In this document: piece after piece, positions 19,785 to 27,267 of the stretch
Numbering within the stretch: position 1 is the first letter of the stretch
Layout of the letters: every line of letters begins with the position of its first letter
Source of the DNA: Verrucomicrobiota bacterium
Lineage (GTDB): Bacteria > Verrucomicrobiota > Lentisphaeria > Lentisphaerales > Lentisphaeraceae
Assembly: GCA_039798785.1 (NCBI GenBank)
Contig: JBDKFG010000067.1
Location: 1 to 27,267 of the forward strand
Length of the DNA: 27,267 nt
Direction of reading: 5' to 3'
Position numbers and translations under genes: made by a program
Notes under the pieces: model-generated
The model's input: only the letters and a program-made list of their open reading frames with translations
The model's database searches: none
Told to the model about the DNA's origin: nothing

Positions 19785-20358
19785 AAATGCCTAAAATTTC
19801 CGCACATTGGAATATTTTAGGAATTTTTTCACGGAAAAATATTTCTTTGAGTGCAAAACATAATTTGATGATGGCACTTTAAAGTCAGATATAGCCTCAA
19901 GATGGAACCTTCAGACATCTACATTTCTGATCAGCGTCAATGTCTACCTTTCAACCGCAGGAGCTTTCGGAGCAGCCTACCTGACAATCCGAAGAAGCTG
20001 GTCGCAGTTTCACCGAGATGAATCTCTAATTCACAAACAGAAGGAGAAATACCATAAAAGAATGAAGTCTTTGCCGACGCCGCCCGCTGGTACGCCAATC
20101 TTCCTCTCCTCACCACATGGAACAGCGACGGAGGGTCCGCAGGTTTCGATCACCACAAAGTCTGCTTCATCTCTTCTGCTCTGGGCCATGAAATCGCTCC
20201 GATGCTGTTGTGCCCGCAGGAAATAGCGGCCGTCCTCCGACGCCTCCGCCATCGAATGCGATCCCGAGTCACAATCCCTACGGACTGGAGAGCTCCGTGA
20301 AGTGAGATGTAGAGCCTTTGAGATAATTGCCTCTGAAAAAATACAAAGGAATCCCACG

Positions 20359-20849
20359 ATGATCAAACTCGTACACAGCGCCATCCTGCTCTTTTCTTTG
20401 TCCCTCTCCAGGCTAGCTGTGGCCGAGGGAGGCGATCCCGGCTACCGGGAAACCATCGCCGCGGCAGCGATCACCACGGGAGGCAAGGTCGACGTGGAGA
20501 AATTCACCTCCGCTAAAACCTTTCTTTTTGTCGCCAGCCGTTCCGATTGCTCTGCCTGTGAAAGACCTGGATATGGCGAAAAAAAACTGCAAAATGCGGG
20601 CGTACTGGTCGTGATTCTCTCCAAGGACAAAGATAAGGCCGCCATGCATAAGTACATCGGCAAGCGCTTTTTTACGCGATCCCCAGCGCCAATAAGAAAG
20701 TCGCCAGCGTCAGCAAATTCACCGGGCTTAAGAAGTACGGGATTCCCTATGCTGTCTTGGCCGATGCTCAGGGTGTCGTCATCCAGCACCAGCACGGTTT
20801 TGAGGCTCGGCGCATGCTTAAGAAAACCTTGGAGGTCAAGAACAAATAG
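20359..20849 (+). pseudogene. Frameshifted copy of the exported thioredoxin-like gene at 22074
   Basis: Aligns to 22074..22571. Has an 11-nt deletion right after CSAC, a compensating indel in an A-run, and a 1-nt deletion near 20670. The homologous TAG is at 20847-20849. Confidence 0.85.
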
Positions 20850-21014
20850 CACAGCTCCCAAAACTTCGTTCTCCAAGCTGGCGCATAACCCTAAGTGACC
20901 GCCATAAAAAAGAATAAAGACCACTTAAAATCCCTCTCGCACTTGAATGTGCTTTCTCACTCACACAGAGATGTACCTCTGATTCTCCAAACTCCAACAC
21001 CAAGGAGCCACACC

Positions 21015-21887
21015 ATGAAACTGCTACTTCTCCTTCTTTCTTGCTTCTTCTGCCTCGATCTCGCAGCACAAATTCAGCTTGGCGTCACCACCGAACGCGA
21101 AAAATACCTCCGCGACGAAGCAGTCGGGTGCGAAATTATCATTATAAACAGCAGTGGTGCCCAGCTGCGCTTCGATAACCTGGGAGCCAGTGTCCGCATC
21201 ATTATTATCGACGAAAATAAACAGCAACTCAAACCCTTCAAAGTCGATTATAACCCCATAGACGGACGTATTCTTGCAGCCGGCGAAACCCGCACACTTA
21301 ACCTCAATATCAACGAACACTATCCCTTATCCAAGGCAGGAAAATACACCCTGGCAGTTGAGCTTTCTCACCCCGCCTTCAAGGTCAAATTTGTCTCTCA
21401 AGAACGCCAACTCGACATCAGCCATGGCACCTCTCTCTTGAAACGTGACTTCGGAATGAAAGATCCGCTTGACGCTCGTAAAGTTGTTCAGCGTTATTAT
21501 GAGTTGATGAAATTCAAGCCGGCTCAGGGTGCCGACGACATCGTGTGCCTGAAAATTGCCGACGACAAATTCGTCTATGGTCTGCACCGTCTCGGCGCGC
21601 ACGTCAACGGCGTCGACATCGGCCACGACATCGACAGCCTCCACTCAATCCACACCCTGATCCAAGTCAAATCCAAGCTCTTTGTCCATTCCGTCTTCTC
21701 TCCCTCTGGCGAGCTGAAGCAGAGCGTCGTCTACAGAGCTGCCGACAAAGAGGTCCTCTCCCTAGACCATTCTTCCCCCGGCAAAATCTCGGTCAAAGGC
21801 GGAATCAAACTCACAGAAGGAGTCGATTACCGTCGCGCGGGCAATGATATTACACTCACGCCTAATCCGACAAAGATTCATGATTGA
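21015..21887 (+). CDS. Exported hypothetical protein
   Basis: AAGGAG RBS then MKLLLLLLSCFFCLDLAA/Q signal peptide. The beta-rich mature region (EKYLRDEAV..IINSSG...GKYTL) suggests an Ig-like N-domain. Confidence 0.75.
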   Translation: MKLLLLLLSCFFCLDLAAQIQLGVTTEREKYLRDEAVGCEIIIINSSGAQLRFDNLGASVRIIIIDENKQQLKPFKVDYNPIDGRILAAGETRTLNLNINEHYPLSKAGKYTLAVELSHPAFKVKFVSQERQLDISHGTSLLKRDFGMKDPLDARKVVQRYYELMKFKPAQGADDIVCLKIADDKFVYGLHRLGAHVNGVDIGHDIDSLHSIHTLIQVKSKLFVHSVFSPSGELKQSVVYRAADKEVLSLDHSSPGKISVKGGIKLTEGVDYRRAGNDITLTPNPTKIHD

Positions 21888-22073
21888 AAATTTGGCCGAG
21901 AGATCAAAAAAATCTTTTCTGACGCTCCCTGACATGAAATAGCGGTCGTCCTCAGACGCCACTACCATCGCATGCGACCACGAGTCGCAATCCACGCCCT
22001 GGGGAGCTCCGTGAAGTGAGAGCTAGAGCCTTCGACAATTGCCCCCGAAAAAATGAAATAAAGGAATCCCACG

Positions 22074-22571
22074 ATGATCAAACTCGTTCACGCCATCCTG
22101 CTCTTTTCTTTGTCCCTCTCCTGCCTTGCTGTGGCCGAGGGCGGCAATCCTAACTACCCGAAAACCATCGCCGCGGCCGCGATCACCAACACGGGAGGCA
22201 AGGTCGATGTGGAGAAATTTACCTCCGCTAAAACCTTTCTTTTTGTCGCCAGCCGTTCCGATTGCCCTGCTTGTCAAGCTTTCATGAAAGACCTAGATAA
22301 GGCGGAAAAAAATCTGCTAAAAGCGGGTGTGCTGGTCGTGCTCCTCTCCAAGGACAAAGATGAGGCCGCTATGCTCAAGTACATCGGCAAGCACAATTTT
22401 TACGCGATCCCTAGCGCCAACAAGGAAGTCGCCAGCATCAGCAAATTGACCGGGCTTAAGAAGTACGGGATTCCCTATGCTGTCTTGGCCGATGCCCAGG
22501 GTGTCGTCATCCAGCACGGTTCTGAGGCTAAACGAGTGCTCAAGAAAGCCTTGGAGATCAAGAATAAATAG
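22074..22571 (+). CDS. Exported thioredoxin-fold protein (CPAC motif; tryparedoxin/TlpA-like)
   Basis: Signal peptide, FLFVASRSDCPACQAF, VVLLSKDKDEAAM, cis-Pro loop YGIPYAVLADAQG. AAGGAA RBS. Confidence 0.85.
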   Translation: MIKLVHAILLFSLSLSCLAVAEGGNPNYPKTIAAAAITNTGGKVDVEKFTSAKTFLFVASRSDCPACQAFMKDLDKAEKNLLKAGVLVVLLSKDKDEAAMLKYIGKHNFYAIPSANKEVASISKLTGLKKYGIPYAVLADAQGVVIQHGSEAKRVLKKALEIKNK

Positions 22572-22688
22572 CGCCGGGCATAGACTTGCCTTTCAAACTG
22601 ATCGAGCCCAACTTTGAACGCCAGGCTCTGGTGTTGGCGGAATGCCAGAGCGCCGGGCCGAAATCCGTTAACCCCCTCGGAGTCTGCA

Positions 22689-23948
22689 ATGTCACTGCAC
22701 TTCAAATTCTCGATTCTTCGGCTTTGTTTCGCCGGTGCCCTAGCGTTGCTCGCTATCGGCGTCTGGTGGACTGTGCAAAAACCTGGCAAGGAAATTTCCG
22801 GCAAGTGCGCAAGTGCGGCTGCAGATCCAACAGCTTGTTCGGCGGATCGCATCCGCAACGCAGCGACCAGCACGGCGGGGCGAGAAAGCAGCGCAGATCG
22901 CGGGACTCGGCTGCAGGAAGAAGCCAGAGCTTTGTTCGAGGTCGAGCCGCTGCTTGGGCTGCGGTGTCTTTCCTTTGACAAGCCAGAGGACCTGGAAAAG
23001 TTGCGTCAGGTAAGTCGCAGTCCCGAATTCCGACGTTGGCGCGCGATCGTCCAAGAAACCATTGAGAACGGAGAAGCGCCGAGTCGGCTGGAGCAGAACT
23101 CACTAGTTTATCTAGACATAGGGCTTCAACAGCACCAAATCAAGCTGCTTGTTGAGCTGTCGCGCTTGGATGGCGTTGAGGCTGATCCGAGTGCTCTGCA
23201 CGACGCAATCAAGCTTAATCGCGCCTTTGTGTGCTACGATTCCTGGACCACGGCACTTAGCGGCGCACGCAACAACATAATTGCCGAAATGCGTATTGCC
23301 GAAATAATGGAACGACAAGATTCCGAGACTCTGAGCGATTTTTATAATGTCGTGCGTGAGAACGCAGCCATGCAGCTCAGTAGCGTGCCCACTTCGTGGC
23401 GCGGCAATCTCAAGTATACCCTCAAGGGGATCTTGGAGAATCCAGCGGAGTATCTGCAGAACTGCTCTGGCGAGGCAAACAGCGAGCTGCAGCATTTTTT
23501 TCGCGACCCTGCCCAGATGCAGGATCTCGAGAAGATTCTCAAGGGATTGGAAGGAAGATTTTGTGGGGATTGGGAGCAAAGCACCAACTGGGAACAGCGC
23601 TTTCAGACGATCCAAGATTTCGAGGACACCCTGCATCAGAGTCTCGATGGCCGCTTGTCAGAAGACTCCCAATCACATCTAATCGAACTGTTTGGCATGT
23701 CGGAAAGCTTGATGCATGACCTCATAACTACTGCTGCCGGGCGCCAGAACCTGGCGGTGCAACTGCTGGTGGAGCAATTCCGCCGCGTACACGGTCGGCT
23801 CCCCGTCAACTTAGAGGAAGCGGGCTGGGAATATCCGTCAGAGACCTCCGACATGGTAGCCTACTATAAAATTGAAGCAGGCAAGGCATCAATCGGCACC
23901 TCAATTGCCATCCCTAACAAGAATAATAAAGCTAATAAAAACAAATAA
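22689..23948 (+). CDS. N-terminally anchored all-helical hypothetical protein, paralog 1
   Basis: Hydrophobic N-terminus, SPEFRRW, LSRLDG.EADP, KLNRAF, VEQFRRVHGRLPVNLEEAG. ATG 22689 follows GGAG. Confidence 0.8.
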   Translation: MSLHFKFSILRLCFAGALALLAIGVWWTVQKPGKEISGKCASAAADPTACSADRIRNAATSTAGRESSADRGTRLQEEARALFEVEPLLGLRCLSFDKPEDLEKLRQVSRSPEFRRWRAIVQETIENGEAPSRLEQNSLVYLDIGLQQHQIKLLVELSRLDGVEADPSALHDAIKLNRAFVCYDSWTTALSGARNNIIAEMRIAEIMERQDSETLSDFYNVVRENAAMQLSSVPTSWRGNLKYTLKGILENPAEYLQNCSGEANSELQHFFRDPAQMQDLEKILKGLEGRFCGDWEQSTNWEQRFQTIQDFEDTLHQSLDGRLSEDSQSHLIELFGMSESLMHDLITTAAGRQNLAVQLLVEQFRRVHGRLPVNLEEAGWEYPSETSDMVAYYKIEAGKASIGTSIAIPNKNNKANKNK

Positions 23949-23967
23949 TAAAGATTGGAAAAACAAC

Positions 23968-25257
23968 ATGAATTCCTCAATTCTTCGTTCTCGCCACGTC
24001 GCAGGAGCATTGTTATTACTTTTCTTTGGCGGAGTTTGTCTGTGGACACAAAAACCTGAGGCAGAAATCTCCGGTAAGAATGTAGAGGCCGTTGCACGTC
24101 CAGTTGCTCACTCAGCGGCGCAAACACTCCAGTCCAGAACTGTCCAACCAGCCAGAACAGCGAGCCGAGACAGCAGCGCAGTCCGCGGCGCTCGGCTGCA
24201 GGAAGAGGTCATGGCCTTGCTCGATACTGAGCCATTCCTTGAGTTGAGGAAGATTGACTGGAGCAAGGCCAAGCCGGAGGACCTCGAGAAGCTGCGCCAG
24301 ATAAGCTTCAGCCCCGAATTCCGGCGCTGGCGTGAAATCGTCAAGGAAACCATTGAGGTCGGCGAGGTCCCTCCTCGAATAGACTCGAGTACAAGGAGTT
24401 ACCTGGACGTGGGGGCTCAAGCGCACCAAATCAGATTGCTTGTCGCGCTGTCGCGCTTGGATGGCGCTGAGGCCGATCCGAAGGCTCTGTACGACGCGCT
24501 CAAGCTCAATCGCGCCTTTGCGTCTTCCGATTCTTTGTTCGTAGCACGTGTCACTGCAGGCAACGATAGCGTCATCCACGAGCGGCTTGCCGAAAGCCTG
24601 GGACAACAAAGTCCCGAGGCTCTGCGCGATTTTGCCAGCAGCTTGCACGAGAACTCGGCCATGCATAGCGGCAACGTGTTGGCTTCGTTGCAAAGCGACC
24701 GCAAGCATACCCTAGATTGGATCTTGGAGGATCCGGAGGGGTTGCTGCAGCTGTTTGGCGAGAGACCGGAAAACAGCGAGCTGCTGCAGTTCTTTCGCGA
24801 TCCCATTCAGATGCAGGATCTCCAGAAGATGTTCAAGAGATTGGAGGACAGGTTTTGTGAAACTTGGCAGCAAAGCCCTGACTGGTCACAGCGCCTGCAG
24901 GCTGTCCAAGCTTTCCAGAACGCCCTGAACCAGGGTCTCGACGGTCGCGTGTCGGAGGCCGCCACGTTACATTTTGTCGAACTGCTGGGAATGTCGGCGG
25001 ATAGTGTCGATACGGTCAATCGGATTGCTGGTGCTGAAGCCAAGCGCCAGAGCCTGGCAGCGGCACTGGTGGTGGAACAATTCCGTCGCGAACAAGGACG
25101 GCTTCCCGTCAGCTTAGAAGAAGCCGGCTGGGCAGCTCCGACGGAGATCACTGGCCTGAACATGAACATGCACTATGAAACCAGAGAGGGCAAGGCCTTT
25201 TTAAGTACTAATAAATCTAGTGAATCGAAACTAGAAAGATTAGAAGTGAAGTGGTGA
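23968..25257 (+). CDS. N-terminally anchored all-helical hypothetical protein, paralog 2
   Basis: Same motifs as paralog 1. ATG 23968 follows GGAAAAACAAC, and MNSSILRSRH aligns with paralog 3. Confidence 0.8.
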   Translation: MNSSILRSRHVAGALLLLFFGGVCLWTQKPEAEISGKNVEAVARPVAHSAAQTLQSRTVQPARTASRDSSAVRGARLQEEVMALLDTEPFLELRKIDWSKAKPEDLEKLRQISFSPEFRRWREIVKETIEVGEVPPRIDSSTRSYLDVGAQAHQIRLLVALSRLDGAEADPKALYDALKLNRAFASSDSLFVARVTAGNDSVIHERLAESLGQQSPEALRDFASSLHENSAMHSGNVLASLQSDRKHTLDWILEDPEGLLQLFGERPENSELLQFFRDPIQMQDLQKMFKRLEDRFCETWQQSPDWSQRLQAVQAFQNALNQGLDGRVSEAATLHFVELLGMSADSVDTVNRIAGAEAKRQSLAAALVVEQFRREQGRLPVSLEEAGWAAPTEITGLNMNMHYETREGKAFLSTNKSSESKLERLEVKW

Positions 25258-25268
25258 ACGAAAAATAA

Positions 25269-25340
25269 ATGAACTCCTCTCTCTTGGCGGTGCCTGGCTG
25301 TGGACGCGATCTTCCCAAAAGACGGAAATCTCCGGCAAAG
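25269..25340 (+). pseudogene. 5' remnant of a fourth paralog
   Basis: ATGAACTCCTC...TTGGCGGTGCCTGGCTGTGGAC...GAAATCTCCGGCAA matches the 5' ends of paralogs 2 and 3, with most of the hydrophobic segment deleted. Confidence 0.7.
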
Positions 25341-25437
25341 CACGGCAGCAACTTTGAATTTCTCGCCGCTGCCCGGGGCCATCGTCAGGCGCTGACGGTC
25401 GCGCTGCGGGTGGAGCAATAAACATCAGGAAAACAAC

Positions 25438-26787
25438 ATGAATATTATCACAAAATCCTCAATTCTTCGTTCTCGCCACGCCGTCGGAGCTCTGTTATTA
25501 TTTTCCTTTGGCGGAGCTTGTCTGTGGACACAGAAGCCTGCGGCAGAAATCTCCGGCAAGAACGCGGAAGCCAGCCACTCGCCTCGCTCCTCTATCCAGG
25601 CAGAAAACACCTCCGCCAAAATCACAGTCAGAGAAAGCCCTGAGGCACGCGTTGCCGGCCTGTTGAAGGAAGCCAAGGCTTTGCTCGATGAGTTTGATGA
25701 GCTGTCGATCTACATAAGTGACGAGGGCTCCTGCGATTGGGATCCGAAGAGTCTCGGGAAACTGCGCCTGGCAAGTCGCACTCCTGAGTTCCGGCGTTGG
25801 CACGAAATTGTCAAGGAAATCATTGAGATCGGCCCGGTGCCTGGTGTGGAAGCACTGCGTTGCTCAGATGCGTCAGGCCATGGGATATTTTCATCTTATC
25901 AATTCAAGCAGATCAGCTGGCTTGAAGGATTGTCGCGTCTGGATGGAGACGAGGCGGATCCGGACGCCCTTCGCGAAGCCTTCAAACTCAATGCCGTCTA
26001 TTCCTCCTGCGATCCCGACAATTCGCGGATCAACTCAGTGTGCTGCCAGGCGCTCCATTACAGGCTGGCCGATACCTTGGAGCAGCAAAGCTCCGAGGCT
26101 TTGAGCGACTTTGTTACGTTCCTGCAAGACAGCTCATTCACGCAGCCCCAGGCTGTTTCCTCCATAGTGCGAAACGACCGTCAGAAAGTTCTCGATTTAT
26201 TGAAGGATCCTAAGACACACTGGTCAAGTTCAACTGGCCTCGTGGAAGATTACACCAGCATATTCAATAGCGAGGAGAAGACCAAAAAGGAATTGCGGGA
26301 AATCTGCCGGGATTCCATTCAAATGCACAAGCTTCAGCAGCTGCTCAAGGATTTGGATTCCAAGTTCTATCAAACTTGGGAGCAAGGATCCAACTGGCCG
26401 CAACGCCTGCAGGCGGTCCAGGATTTCCAGAAAGCTCTTGACGAGCGCCTCGACTTCCTGTCGGGAGACTGCAAGGCTGTACTCACCCAGTTGATCACTC
26501 CTTCTGAAACGACACTCCAACATCTGATCGACATTGATGCCCAACGCCAGGCGCTGGCAGCGGCACTGCGGGTAAAAAAGTTTCATCATGACCAGGGACG
26601 ACTGCCAGCCACTCTGGAAGAGGCGGGAGTGTCGCAGGCGACCACTTTGAGCTACAAAATCAAGGACGGCAAGGTCCTGCTCAGCACCTCCCAGAAGGGC
26701 GGGCACAAGAGCTACCTAGTCGAGAGCGAAAAAATTACCGATACCTTCATCGAAAAAAAGGAGGATTTCACCATACCACTGGAATGA
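25438..26787 (+). CDS. N-terminally anchored all-helical hypothetical protein, paralog 3
   Basis: SSILRSRH, TPEFRRW, LSRLDGDEADP, KLNA, WPQRLQAVQDFQ, QGRLPATLEEAG. Confidence 0.8.
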   Translation: MNIITKSSILRSRHAVGALLLFSFGGACLWTQKPAAEISGKNAEASHSPRSSIQAENTSAKITVRESPEARVAGLLKEAKALLDEFDELSIYISDEGSCDWDPKSLGKLRLASRTPEFRRWHEIVKEIIEIGPVPGVEALRCSDASGHGIFSSYQFKQISWLEGLSRLDGDEADPDALREAFKLNAVYSSCDPDNSRINSVCCQALHYRLADTLEQQSSEALSDFVTFLQDSSFTQPQAVSSIVRNDRQKVLDLLKDPKTHWSSSTGLVEDYTSIFNSEEKTKKELREICRDSIQMHKLQQLLKDLDSKFYQTWEQGSNWPQRLQAVQDFQKALDERLDFLSGDCKAVLTQLITPSETTLQHLIDIDAQRQALAAALRVKKFHHDQGRLPATLEEAGVSQATTLSYKIKDGKVLLSTSQKGGHKSYLVESEKITDTFIEKKEDFTIPLE

Positions 26788-26955
26788 CCTTGGAATAGCA
26801 TGCGGCAGCCAGCCAACCGTTCGGAATCCAGAGTCAATTCAATGGAGATTTAAAGTCTTATGCCAAGAGGACAAGACCGAAAGTGAAGTCGGCGCCAAGC
26901 CGACCGTCAAGTGCCCTGTGAAGAAACAATGAACGCCTACCAAAAGGAAAAAAAC

Positions 26956-27267
26956 ATGATGAAATCCATGCTGCTCCAGCACCTCAGCAAGTGCGTGACC
27001 GCCTCCTTCTTCGCGGTACCTGCTCTGTTCGCCCAAGAAAAATCCGATGCCGCCAACAAGCTTTTCGGTGGTGACAAAGGAGGCGCGATTGCTGCCGCTG
27101 CCATTCAAGTCAGCGAGAACGAGGCGACCGGCAAGGGTGTTATCCCCGTCAACAACGATAAGGGCGCCATCAGCGACAAGTTCAAAAGCATCATCATCCC
27201 CAAGGTCAAGTACGAAAATCTGACAATTGAGGAAGTGATTGAGAAAGTCAAACGGGCCGCTCGGGAA
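26956..27267 (+). CDS. Exported protein with a secretin/STN-like N-domain (3' partial; not in the ORF track)
   Basis: Open to the window end: MMKSMLLQHLSKCVTASFFAVPALFA/QEK...ISDKFKSIIIPKVKYENLTIEEVIEKVKRAARE. The last segment resembles, from memory, the N-domain of PVC Amuc_1098-type secretins. AAGGA RBS. Confidence 0.65.
   Translation, partial: MMKSMLLQHLSKCVTASFFAVPALFAQEKSDAANKLFGGDKGGAIAAAAIQVSENEATGKGVIPVNNDKGAISDKFKSIIIPKVKYENLTIEEVIEKVKRAARE

Noticed and set aside
20302..20898. 198-aa ORF as an intact novel protein
   Set aside because: It is a chimera of in-frame and out-of-frame translation of the broken thioredoxin copy.
19800..27267. Same-strand gene array as integron cassettes
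   Set aside because: No attC-like RYYYAAC...GTTRRRY palindromes between the genes and no integron integrase. The similarity is explained by paralogy.

Overview
GC-rich bacterial DNA, probably from a PVC-superphylum organism (inferred from protein families, not proven). Left part (1-8326): the 3' 8.3 kb of a giant RTX/T1SS-type adhesin gene that is already open at base 2. It is built from Ig-like repeats (including exact 294-bp tandem units), a VCBS-like repeat, three blocks of 'DGG-x-V-x-W...QR' repeats, and three copies of an RTX plus C-terminal secretion-like module. It converges on tRNA-Arg(UCU). Middle (8.5-18.5 kb): a lipoprotein gene coupled to an unusual NDH-2/cNMP-binding/CBS-pair fusion, a triple-FHA protein, uvrB preceded by a 9-bp-periodic inverted repeat, a cadherin/CSPG-like repeat protein and a class I fumarase. 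Right part (18.6-27.3 kb): an accessory region showing duplication and decay. It holds a HEAT-repeat protein, a DUF1016/YhcG pseudogene, a ~630-bp duplicated exported thioredoxin-like cassette (one broken copy, one intact) around an exported hypothetical gene, three tandem paralogous membrane-anchored helical proteins plus the remnant of a fourth, and the 5' end of an exported protein with a secretin/STN-like N-domain. No CRISPR array, integrase, transposase or reverse transcriptase was seen. All calls rest on motif recognition by eye, without database searches.
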